Shown: one piece after another, positions 44,422-52,939 of the stretch | Numbering within the stretch: the stretch's first letter is position 1 | Layout of the letters: each line of letters starts with the position of its first letter | DNA from: Terriglobales bacterium | GTDB lineage: Bacteria > Acidobacteriota > Terriglobia > Terriglobales > Acidobacteriaceae | Assembly: GCA_025934025.1 (NCBI GenBank) | Contig: JAICYU010000001.1 | Location: forward strand, 587-64,586 | Direction of reading: 5' to 3' | DNA: 64,000 bases | Position numbers and translations under genes: made by a program | The notes under the pieces: model-generated | Databases searched by the model: none | What the model was told of the DNA's origin: nothing | The model's input: only the letters and a program-made list of their open reading frames with translations

Positions 44422-45693
44422 CTACCGCGCCAGCCGCACCACGCTTTCAATATGGAACGTCTGCGGGAACAAATCCACCATGTGTACGTCTTCCACATGA
44501 TACCCGGTCTCGAGCAGCAGACGCAGGTCGCGCGCCAGAGTTGCCGGATCGCAGGAAACATAGACGATTCGCTTGACCCGCAAAGCCGCCAGAAGCTGCG
44601 TAATCTTCGGTCCAAGCCCGGCGCGCGGCGGATCCACGACGACCAGCTCGGGATTCATATTGAGGCAGCGCGGCAGGAACTGCTCCGTCGTGGTCTTTAC
44701 CGGAACAACATTTTTCAGCACGTTGGCCTTCAGATCTGCGGCCGATGCAGGCGACGATTCCACCGCAAACACCTGAGTAAATCTCTTGGCCAGATGATTG
44801 GCGAACAGGCCCACTCCCGAATAGAGGTCCATGGCGATGTTGCCGAAGAAATCGTTGGTCGCGGTGTTCACCAGCTCGCGCATCAGGTAACGGTTGGCCT
44901 GGAAGAACGAGCCCGCGCTCACGCGAAATGATTTTTCTCCCACCTGATACAACAACGTGGTATTCCCGATGGAAGCCTTTAGCTCCGGCTGGCCCGGCGA
45001 GCCGGCGGGCGGCTCGGCAAAAATGGCGATGCCCTGAATATCAGAGATTTTGTTCCGCAGCTCTCCGGCAAACTCTTCGATCCCCTGCGCACCCGGAACA
45101 TGAGAGATCTCCAGCAACAGCCGTGCGTCGGCATGGTCGGCAAAGAACTCGATCTCGCTCAGCCCTTTTGGCGCGCCGCCAGCCTCGCCAATCTCCCAGA
45201 GCTGCCGGATGACACGATTGATGCCAGGAGAGCTGATGGGACACTCCTTTACCGGCAGGAGGTCATGCGAGCCGAAGCGGTAATAGCCTAGAGCAAACTC
45301 AGTCCCGCCTCTGACCTTCATGCGCGTCCGGTTGCGATAGTTCCACGGATCGCCTGAATGAGAAATGATCTTGCCTTGCCAATCGAGTTTGCCATTGCGC
45401 AGCAGCGTTTCATGCAGGATTTCGCTCTTGAATTCGAGCTGCGTTTTGTAATCGGCGTGCTGATAATGGCAGCCGCCGCAATTCCCGTAATAGGGGCACG
45501 GCGCCGTCACACGCTGTGGCGAAGGCTTGAGCACCTGCTCCGCCTGCGCGCGAGCAAAACTGCTTTTCTCTTTGGAGATGACTGCGCTTACTTCCTCGCC
45601 GGGAAGCACAAAAGGGAGAAAGGCCGCTTTACCGTCGGGAAGTCGCGCCAGACCGTCGCCGCCGTACACCATTTTTTCGATGGTCAGATTCAC
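44422..45693 (-). CDS. rlmD: 23S rRNA (uracil-C5)-methyltransferase RlmD/RumA family
   Basis: The protein has a TRAM-like N-terminus, the Fe-S Cys cluster CPYYGNCGGCHYQH, a SAM fold (DLYSGVGLF) and a catalytic region (VVVDPPRAG..VYVSCDP). Confidence 0.8.
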   Translation of the reverse strand: MNLTIEKMVYGGDGLARLPDGKAAFLPFVLPGEEVSAVISKEKSSFARAQAEQVLKPSPQRVTAPCPYYGNCGGCHYQHADYKTQLEFKSEILHETLLRNGKLDWQGKIISHSGDPWNYRNRTRMKVRGGTEFALGYYRFGSHDLLPVKECPISSPGINRVIRQLWEIGEAGGAPKGLSEIEFFADHADARLLLEISHVPGAQGIEEFAGELRNKISDIQGIAIFAEPPAGSPGQPELKASIGNTTLLYQVGEKSFRVSAGSFFQANRYLMRELVNTATNDFFGNIAMDLYSGVGLFANHLAKRFTQVFAVESSPASAADLKANVLKNVVPVKTTTEQFLPRCLNMNPELVVVDPPRAGLGPKITQLLAALRVKRIVYVSCDPATLARDLRLLLETGYHVEDVHMVDLFPQTFHIESVVRLAR

Positions 45694-46382
45694 ATGTAAA
45701 AGAGACTGAGTCTGGGAATTGTAGCCTGTTCGAAAAGACGCTTGTGAATATATTGCTTCTGCAGCTGCGCGATCTGGGCCGCAGGCATCTTGCTGCGATA
45801 AGGAGCAATGGCTCGGTCCGCTTCCGCCCGGAAACGCACCAGATCTTCTTCAGAAGTGCTCAACATCAACGCCGCCACAAGCTTTTCTTCCAGCACTGTC
45901 ATTTTTCGTTCCAACTCTTCCAGCAGCGGGGCGGCCGCAGCGACGTCGTTTAACCCTGAGGCGGCGGCTTCCAAACTGGCAGCACACTCGCGCGCCACCT
46001 GCTGCACGGGCGCGGCGACTTCTATCTGCCGAAGCTTCTGCGCGTTTTGCGTGAAAAACTCGGCGATTTCCGTTGCGCTCTGCCCCGAAGCCTTGGTCTC
46101 TTCGCGCGCGGAACCCACCGCAGCTTCCTTGATCTCTTCTGCTGCGGCGAGCACCTCCTGCGCGCACCATGCCAGGCCGTTGACCTTTTTCGTTTTGCTC
46201 GGCCGGCGCTCGTAATGGTCGAACGTGGCGTCTACGCCTCGCAACGCGGCCTCCAGAGGAATGCCCGAATCTTTCCACGTTTCAATGAGCGCCCAATCAA
46301 GCGGCGAGAGCTGCAGCAAAGTGCCGCGCCGCCGACAGAAATGCTCCTCAATTTCCGTGAAGTAATTGAAGTAGTTTTCCAT
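45690..46382 (-). CDS. conserved hypothetical protein
   Basis: The ATG at 46382 (MENYFNYFTEIEEHFCRRRGTLLQLSPLDWALIETWKDSGIPLE) is preferred over the track start at 46541, which would overlap coaX. The stop overlaps the rlmD start by 4 nt. Confidence 0.55.
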   Translation of the reverse strand: MENYFNYFTEIEEHFCRRRGTLLQLSPLDWALIETWKDSGIPLEAALRGVDATFDHYERRPSKTKKVNGLAWCAQEVLAAAEEIKEAAVGSAREETKASGQSATEIAEFFTQNAQKLRQIEVAAPVQQVARECAASLEAAASGLNDVAAAAPLLEELERKMTVLEEKLVAALMLSTSEEDLVRFRAEADRAIAPYRSKMPAAQIAQLQKQYIHKRLFEQATIPRLSLFYM

Positions 46383-46404
46383 CAATACAAAGCCGAGACG
46401 GATC

Positions 46405-47226
46405 TCATGCACGCTGTTTTTGCGCGGATGCGTTGCGTTCCCAGATAATCCGCAGGCCCTCGAGCGTAAGCAGATCATCCACCGATTTGATGAACCGCGA
46501 ACCGTCCCCGATGAGTTGCGCCTGCCCCCCAGTCGCCACAACCTTGGTGTCTTTGCCCATCTCTCCGATCATTCGCTCGAGGATTCCATCCACCAGCCCA
46601 AGATACCCGAAGAACAACCCAGACTGAATGCTGCCCACGGTATTACTGCCTATCAGCTTGGCAGGTTGTCGTATGTCCACCAGCGGCAGCCGGGCGGTAT
46701 GCTCAAACAGCGCCTGCGCGGACACGCCAATCCCAGGCGCAATCACCCCACCCAGATATTCACCTTTCCGCGAGACTGCATCGAACGTGGTTGCGGTTCC
46801 AAAGTCCACGACGATGCACGGTCCGCCATATTTTTCGAATGCCGCCACGCCGTTCACAATACGGTCTGCCCCCACTTCCTGAGGGTTGTCATAATGAATT
46901 GGCATTCCGGTCTTGATCCCTGGCTCAACGAATAGCGGCTTTAAATGAAAATATCGCTCGCAAACTTCACGCAGCGTGGAATCAAGCGGCGGCACCACGG
47001 AAGAAATGATGATGCCCCGCACCTCTTCGACCTTCACTTTGCCAATGGCAAAAAGATTTCTGAAGAGCACGCCGTATTCGTCCACCGTGCGGGTGCGCAC
47101 CGTGGCCACGCGCCAGTGAGCCAGCAGGCGTGAATTGGAACCTTGGGATTTAACGAATCCTGCCCGGTCCAGCTCATAAACTCCCAGAACGGTGTTCGTG
47201 TTCCCGACATCAAGAACCAGTACCAT
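46405..47226 (-). CDS. coaX: type III pantothenate kinase
   Basis: The motifs are MVLVLDVGNTNTVLGVY and VVDFGTATTFD. Confidence 0.9.
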   Translation of the reverse strand: MVLVLDVGNTNTVLGVYELDRAGFVKSQGSNSRLLAHWRVATVRTRTVDEYGVLFRNLFAIGKVKVEEVRGIIISSVVPPLDSTLREVCERYFHLKPLFVEPGIKTGMPIHYDNPQEVGADRIVNGVAAFEKYGGPCIVVDFGTATTFDAVSRKGEYLGGVIAPGIGVSAQALFEHTARLPLVDIRQPAKLIGSNTVGSIQSGLFFGYLGLVDGILERMIGEMGKDTKVVATGGQAQLIGDGSRFIKSVDDLLTLEGLRIIWERNASAQKQRA

Positions 47227-48073
47227 CGTTCCTCCTGGGCAGCGGCCGAACGCTTCCGGAAATCACCATGCGCAAGCCTTTATCGGTACGAACACGCAGG
47301 AAACCGCGCGGATCCAGACCGTCGGTAATGCCGTTGTACCCGCCGTCTTCATCCACGTGGACCAGCTTGCCATGCGCATACGAAGAGCGCGCCTCAATGC
47401 GGCGCATGATCGGTTCAAAGCGCAGAGCGGGGGTGCGAATAGGACCATTCATCGCGCGCAGCAATGCCCGGTATTCGCGGTCCACAGCGCGAATCATCGC
47501 GGCCGCCAGATCGAGCCGGCTCCACTCGCGTCCAGACTCCATTCTGAGCGAAGTCGCAGTGCCGGCCAGTTCGCCGGAAAAATTTGCCTGGTTCACATTG
47601 ATTCCAATCCCTATCACCGCGTGCTTCACGCGCGTGGAATCGGAGCTGGTCTCGGTAAGAATGCCGGCGAATTTCTTTTCGTTCAGCATCAGATCATTGG
47701 GCCAGCGGATGTCTGGCTGAAGTCCGGTAATCTCCTTCACCGCATCTTGAACACCCACGCCAGATGCCAGAGATAGCCATAGTGCTTCGCTGGGAGACAT
47801 TGGCGGGCGGATCAGAAACGAACAGTAGATGCCCACGCCGCGCTCGGATTCCCATGCGTGAGATCCGCGCCCTCGGCCGGCAGTCTGCTCTTCAGCCAGG
47901 AAGATTGCGCCTTCCGGAGCGCGGTCAGGATCATAGTCCGCCTGCGCCGCGACGTGCATGGCTAGAGAGTTGGTGGAATCAACCTCGTTGTAATGATGAA
48001 TGTTGCCGGAAAAAATCGTGTTCCGCACCAGCGGCGCAAGCTTGTCCGGCAAAATCACATCAGGTACTGCCAC
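47210..48073 (-). CDS. birA: biotin--[acetyl-CoA-carboxylase] ligase (class I, no N-terminal HTH)
   Basis: The motifs are EEQTAGRGRGSHAWES and KWPNDL-like IRWPNDLMLNEKKFAGILTE. The gene overlaps coaX by 17 nt. Confidence 0.85.
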   Translation of the reverse strand: MAVPDVILPDKLAPLVRNTIFSGNIHHYNEVDSTNSLAMHVAAQADYDPDRAPEGAIFLAEEQTAGRGRGSHAWESERGVGIYCSFLIRPPMSPSEALWLSLASGVGVQDAVKEITGLQPDIRWPNDLMLNEKKFAGILTETSSDSTRVKHAVIGIGINVNQANFSGELAGTATSLRMESGREWSRLDLAAAMIRAVDREYRALLRAMNGPIRTPALRFEPIMRRIEARSSYAHGKLVHVDEDGGYNGITDGLDPRGFLRVRTDKGLRMVISGSVRPLPRRNDGTGS

Positions 48074-48236
48074 TTTGCTGCTCCGGGCCTAGTTGCCGCT
48101 CTTCCTGCAGATTTCGCAGACGGGTTGGTCGGCCCTTTAGATTTTGTAGCGCTCGAGCAAGGAAGAGTCCAGAAATCATACAGGAACATTCCCGATATCA
48201 GTCGAGGTTCGCCTGCGTCGCAGCGAATGACCGCCG

Positions 48237-49115
48237 TTACGCAGGCACAATCCTCATGCTCAAATCCACCGCCACAGCCGAGTGGGTGAGGGCGCCGACA
48301 GAGATATAGTCCACTCCAGTTTCTCCGTAAGCCCGAACATTATCGAGACGAATGCCGCCCGAAACCTCAATGGGCACGGGGTGCGAATGCGCTCGAATTC
48401 TGGCCACTGCAGACTTCACCTGCTCCACTGTCATGTTGTCGAGCATGATACGTTCTGCGCCGTTGCTCAGAGCCTCTTCCAGTTCCGGCATATTGCGAAC
48501 TTCCACTTCCACCGGCATCTCGCTGCGGCGGTTTTGGAGCGCCTTCCGCAAGGCCGCAGACAAACTGCCGGCGAGCGCAACGTGATTGTTCTTCAATAAC
48601 ATGCCATCGGAAAGATCCAGCCGATGGTTGTGCCCGCCCCCACAGCGCACCGCATATTTATCCAGCACACGAAGTCCCGGAACCGTCTTGCGGGTGTCGA
48701 GAATTCGCGCGTTGGTGCCGTGAATGGCATCAACGAATTGACGCGTATAAGTCGCGATCCCGCTCAATCGCTGAAGGACGTTAAGGATGACGCGTTCGCA
48801 GCAGAGCAGTACCCGCGCGTTGTGACGGACCACCGCAATAGCCTGGCCTTTATGCAGGCGGACGCCATCAAAGATTTCGCCGTGGCTAATGACTTCGGCA
48901 TGGCCAATGGCTTCACGGTCCAAATGCTCATAGATCTCCAGAATACGCGCCACCGCGCCCACGCCGGCCAGCACACATTCCTGTTTGGCAAGAATGGTCG
49001 CTGTTGCGCGTTGTTGCGCGTCAATACACGCGCGCGAAGTTGCGTCGCTGGTGGCCTTGTCTTCCAGCAGCGCGTTTTCCAGAATGGAGCTGATTCTTCG
49101 GCTGTGCCAATCCAT
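48237..49115 (-). CDS. nadC: nicotinate-nucleotide diphosphorylase (carboxylating)
   Basis: The motifs are TRKTVPGLR, YAVRCGGGHNHR, MLDNM and EVSGGI. Confidence 0.9.
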   Translation of the reverse strand: MDWHSRRISSILENALLEDKATSDATSRACIDAQQRATATILAKQECVLAGVGAVARILEIYEHLDREAIGHAEVISHGEIFDGVRLHKGQAIAVVRHNARVLLCCERVILNVLQRLSGIATYTRQFVDAIHGTNARILDTRKTVPGLRVLDKYAVRCGGGHNHRLDLSDGMLLKNNHVALAGSLSAALRKALQNRRSEMPVEVEVRNMPELEEALSNGAERIMLDNMTVEQVKSAVARIRAHSHPVPIEVSGGIRLDNVRAYGETGVDYISVGALTHSAVAVDLSMRIVPA

Positions 49116-49130
49116 GGTTGAATTCTTAAT

Positions 49131-51806
49131 TTATCCGAGACTTGCCAGGGCCTGCCGACCTTTCTCGATCAGGACCTGAGTTTCCGCCGCCTGTTTTTTT
49201 AAGCCGTCCACCACGGGTGCAGGAGCTTTGCTCAGGAAGTGCTGGTTGCCCAACTGCTTTTGCGCGCTGGCGAGATGCGCCTCCAATTTTGTCAGCTCTT
49301 TGGTCAAACGCTCCTTCTCGGCCGCTGTGTCCACCTTGCGTTCGTATACCAGCGCGACCTCGAAGTTCGGCGTGCTGCGTGCCCCGGGAGCATTGGCTAG
49401 AGACTGCGGCACGAACTCGATTCCTTCCATGCTCGCCAGCCGCTCGATCATGCCACGATTCTCGCTAATCAGGCCTTGGACTTGTGCGCTCGCGTGAACA
49501 CGGACCGGCGTCTTCGTTCGCGGCCCAACCTTCATTTCAGCGCGCAGGTTGCGTACATTGACGATCAAATCCTGAAGCAACGCCATGTCTTCTTCCGCGC
49601 GATCATTGAGCCGGCGCTCTTCCAATTCAGGATAACGCGCCAGAGCAATGGACTTCTGCGGCGCCTGGTCTACGTACATGGCATGCCAGATTTCCTCAGT
49701 GATGAAAGGCATGAATGGCGCAAGCAGCCGCAGAGCACCTTCAAAGATATCTCCGAGTAAAGTCAGACCCTCGCGCGCTTCAGCTTCATTGCCGGAAAGG
49801 GTGGGTTTGATGATCTCCAAATACCAATCGCAGAATTCGCCCCAGAAGAACTTGTAAACGGTATTGGCGGCCTCATCGAAGCGGTAGGAGCGCAAGCTGT
49901 CGTTGACTTCGCCGGTGACTCGGTGGAACCGTGAATAAATCCAGCGGTTCTCCAGCCGGTTGAGCTGCGCTTCAGAAGCACCATCGGTAAGCTTCGCTCC
50001 AGCTATGCGATCGCGATACATGAACATAAAGCGGGCCGCGTTCCATATCTTGTTGGCGAAGGCCCGATAGCCGTCCGTGCGCGCCTCATTAAACGCAACA
50101 TCGGTGCCGGGCGAGGCCATGGAGGCAAGCGTGAAGCGCACGGCATCTGTCCCGTACTTCTCCGTGACCTCAATCGGATCAATCACGTTGCCTTTGGTCT
50201 TCGACATCTTCTGCCGCTCGGCATCCCGCACCAGAGCGTGAATATAAACTTCGTTGAACGGAACGCTTCCTTGCGGATGGTCGGCCATAAAGTGGCAGCC
50301 CAGCATGATCATTCGCGCCACCCAGAAGAAAAGGATGTCAAAACCGGTAATCAGCAGTGAGGTCGGATAGAAAACTTCAAGGTCGCGCGTTTTCTCCGGC
50401 CAGCCGAACACCGTGAATGGCAACAAGCCCGACGAAAACCAGGTGTCCAGCACATCGGGGTCCTGCTCCAGCTTCGTCCCTCCGCATTTGCATTTGCCGG
50501 GCGTGGTGCGCGCGACGATGATCTCGTGACAGGCAACGCAGTGCCACGCTGGAATGCGGTGCCCCCACCACAGTTGGCGGGAGATGCACCAATCGTAGAT
50601 GTTGCGCATCCACTCAAAATAGGTCTTGGCATAATTCGCCGGAGTAAAAACGATCTCGCCTTTCTCTACCGCTTCGATGGCGTGATCAGCCAATGGCTTG
50701 ATCTTGACGAACCACTGCGTCGAGAGGCGGGGCTCGACAATCGTCTTGCAGCGATCGCATTTGCCGATAGCGTACGTGTGGTCATTGATGCCCACCAGCA
50801 AACCGCGCTGTTCCAGATCGTGAAGGATGCGCTCGCGCGCCTCATAGCGGTCCAAACCGGCATAAGGTCCGCCGTTTTCGTTGATGCGCGCCTGTTCGTC
50901 CATCACGTTGATCTGTGGCAGATTGTGGCGCAGCCCTGCCTGAAAATCATTGGGATCATGCGCGGGAGTTACCTTCACTGCCCCGCTGCCGAATTCGGGA
51001 TCGGCGAAGTCATCAGCGATGATCGGAATCTCCCGCTCCAGCAGCGGCAGCATGAGCTTTTTGCCATGCAAACGTACGTAGCGTTCATCTTTGGGATTCA
51101 CCGCGACGGCGGTATCGCCCAGCATGGTTTCCGGCCGCGTGGTGGCAATGGTGATGAACTGGCCCGGTTCGCCCCAAACCGGATAGCGGATCTGATACAT
51201 CTTCCCCGAATAGTCTTCATGAACTACTTCGAGATCGGAAATCGCTGTCATGCAGCGCGGGCACCAATTCACAATATACTTGCCGCGATAGATGAGCCCC
51301 TGCTCGTGCAGGCGTACGAACACCTCAGTCACCGCGCGCGAGAGGTTCTCGTCCATGGTGAAGTATTCGCGGTCCCAGTCCACGGACGCGCCAAGCCGTT
51401 TCATCTGGGCTAGAATCGCTCCGCCGTAATGCTCCCGCCACTCCCACACGCGCTTGACGAACGCCTCGCGCCCGAGCTGCTGCCGGCTGGTCCCTTCGTT
51501 GGCGAGTTGGCGTTCCACCATCATCTGCGTGGCGATGCCGGCGTGGTCGGTGCCGGGCACCCAGAGCGTGAGATCGCCGCGCATGCGATGCCAGCGGATG
51601 ATGATGTCCATCTCCGTCTGGTTCAGCATGTGGCCCATGTGGAGCCGTCCCGTGACGTTGGGCGGCGGCAGCAGCAGGGTGAAGACACGTTGCTGCGTGT
51701 TCTGCGCGGGCGTCTTTACCGAAAAGAGTTTTTCCTTGACCCAGTACTCCGCCCATCGCTCTTCGATCGCGCCGGGGTCATAGGTTTTTGGAAGCTCGTG
51801 AGACAT
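49131..51806 (-). CDS. valS: valine--tRNA ligase
   Basis: The class I motifs are PPPNVTGRLHMGH and KMSKTKGN. The protein is 891 aa with a C-terminal coiled coil. Confidence 0.95.
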   Translation of the reverse strand: MSHELPKTYDPGAIEERWAEYWVKEKLFSVKTPAQNTQQRVFTLLLPPPNVTGRLHMGHMLNQTEMDIIIRWHRMRGDLTLWVPGTDHAGIATQMMVERQLANEGTSRQQLGREAFVKRVWEWREHYGGAILAQMKRLGASVDWDREYFTMDENLSRAVTEVFVRLHEQGLIYRGKYIVNWCPRCMTAISDLEVVHEDYSGKMYQIRYPVWGEPGQFITIATTRPETMLGDTAVAVNPKDERYVRLHGKKLMLPLLEREIPIIADDFADPEFGSGAVKVTPAHDPNDFQAGLRHNLPQINVMDEQARINENGGPYAGLDRYEARERILHDLEQRGLLVGINDHTYAIGKCDRCKTIVEPRLSTQWFVKIKPLADHAIEAVEKGEIVFTPANYAKTYFEWMRNIYDWCISRQLWWGHRIPAWHCVACHEIIVARTTPGKCKCGGTKLEQDPDVLDTWFSSGLLPFTVFGWPEKTRDLEVFYPTSLLITGFDILFFWVARMIMLGCHFMADHPQGSVPFNEVYIHALVRDAERQKMSKTKGNVIDPIEVTEKYGTDAVRFTLASMASPGTDVAFNEARTDGYRAFANKIWNAARFMFMYRDRIAGAKLTDGASEAQLNRLENRWIYSRFHRVTGEVNDSLRSYRFDEAANTVYKFFWGEFCDWYLEIIKPTLSGNEAEAREGLTLLGDIFEGALRLLAPFMPFITEEIWHAMYVDQAPQKSIALARYPELEERRLNDRAEEDMALLQDLIVNVRNLRAEMKVGPRTKTPVRVHASAQVQGLISENRGMIERLASMEGIEFVPQSLANAPGARSTPNFEVALVYERKVDTAAEKERLTKELTKLEAHLASAQKQLGNQHFLSKAPAPVVDGLKKQAAETQVLIEKGRQALASLG

Positions 51807-51829
51807 GTAGCCTGTCAGACTAAATCACG

Positions 51830-51859
51830 ATATTACAGGCGGGTGGCGAGGCGGAGCAA
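51830..51859 (-). promoter_or_regulatory. candidate sigma70-type promoter for valS
   Basis: The minus strand reads TTGCTC (rc of 51854-51859), an 18 nt spacer, then TAATAT (rc of 51830-51835). The -10 lies about 24 nt upstream of the valS ATG. This is pattern match only. Confidence 0.3.
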
Positions 51860-51890
51860 ACGCGCGGCGTGGAATGCCTTTGCCGCGCGT
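51860..51890 (-). terminator. candidate terminator after the CVNH-like gene
   Basis: The minus strand reads ACGCGCGGC-13 nt loop-GCCGCGCGT followed by TTGCTCC. The hairpin starts 16 nt after the stop at 51907. The U-tract is weak. Confidence 0.4.
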
Positions 51891-51906
51891 CGGCTCGAGG
51901 ATGCGA

Positions 51907-52785
51907 TTACTTCTGGCAGCGCAGGTGGCCATCATCGTTGATGATGTCACTCTTGCATTTTTTGTAGTCGTCAAGACTCGTCTTGCGCCAATCACCACTT
52001 CGCGTTTGGCATTTGGCGTCAAGATCGTCCCCGTGAGAGCGGATATCCTTGCAAGACTGAAGATAGGAATTGCCCGCATTTGTGGAACCAGACGGGCCGT
52101 AACCAGCCGGATTATAGCCGCCGGCAACGCAACGAAGCTTTCCATCGTCATTTACAATGTTCCCTTTGCATTTGTTGTAATCGTCAAGCTTCGTATCGTG
52201 CCACTCGCCTGCACGCGTTTGGCAGCGCGCATGCAGATCATCGCCCCCAACGTGAATGTCCTGACAGGTCTGGGCGTAATCTCCGGCAGGACCGTTCACT
52301 CCCGCGTATGAAGGGGTGCCACCGTAGACGCCTCCGACTGGAGCGCCGGTAACGCATCGCAATTTGCTATCGTCATTGATGATGTCGCCGCTGCATTTGC
52401 GGTAGTCATCGAGCTTGGCATCATGCCATGCGCCGTCGCGACCCTGGCAAGAAGCCTTCAAATCATCGCCGCTCACGTGCACGTTTTGGCAGGAACGCAG
52501 GTATGAGCCGCTGGGCCCATTGTTCCCTTGGAGGCTGCTTACCGGGCCGTTCATGGCACAGCGCAGCACGCCATTGTCATTGATAATCTCACCGCCGCAG
52601 CGCTGGAATCCTGGCAATTCGACACTCTTCCAGTTACCACTGCTATCCTGGCAATTTGCCGTGAGCGTGTCGCCGTTTACGGAAACATTGTTGCAAGTCT
52701 GTTGATACGAGCCCTGAGGTATGCCTTGCGCCACGCAAGCCGTCCCCACTACAGCAAGTGACATTGACAAAAGCAAACGTCGCAT
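51907..52785 (-). CDS. secreted protein of four cyanovirin-N-homology (CVNH)-like half-domain repeats
   Basis: The ATG at 52785 lies 5 nt after AAGGAG and gives the signal peptide MRRLLLSMSLAVVGTACVAQG. Four 52-aa units have the form [GN][SD]Y..[TS]C.[ND][IV].[VS].GD.L.A.C....G.W....L..[FY]..C.G.I[IV]ND.[GS].LRC. Confidence 0.7.
   Translation of the reverse strand: MRRLLLSMSLAVVGTACVAQGIPQGSYQQTCNNVSVNGDTLTANCQDSSGNWKSVELPGFQRCGGEIINDNGVLRCAMNGPVSSLQGNNGPSGSYLRSCQNVHVSGDDLKASCQGRDGAWHDAKLDDYRKCSGDIINDDSKLRCVTGAPVGGVYGGTPSYAGVNGPAGDYAQTCQDIHVGGDDLHARCQTRAGEWHDTKLDDYNKCKGNIVNDDGKLRCVAGGYNPAGYGPSGSTNAGNSYLQSCKDIRSHGDDLDAKCQTRSGDWRKTSLDDYKKCKSDIINDDGHLRCQK
51916..52713 (-). repeat. four tandem coding repeats (52 codons each, with variable Gly/Pro-rich linkers)
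   Basis: The repeat cores lie at 52558..52713, 52354..52509, 52129..52284 and 51916..52071, counted from the protein alignment. Confidence 0.7.
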
Positions 52786-52887
52786 CGGATCTCCTTTTCG
52801 GAACCGGTTCCAGAGGCGCACCGTCCCTTTCCCCGCTACTTAGATTCCTTTGTTCCGCGTCAAGTTGTGACCTGTGAATCGTGGTCT

Positions 52888-52919
52888 CAAAGCAAAACGG
52901 GCGCGATTTGCGCCCGTTT
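52888..52919 (-). terminator. intrinsic terminator after the response-regulator gene
   Basis: The minus strand reads AAACGGGCGC-AAATC-GCGCCCGTTT followed by TGCTTTG. The hairpin starts 20 nt after the stop at 52940. Confidence 0.6.
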
Positions 52920-52939
52920 GTGAGTTACTAGAAATCCTG

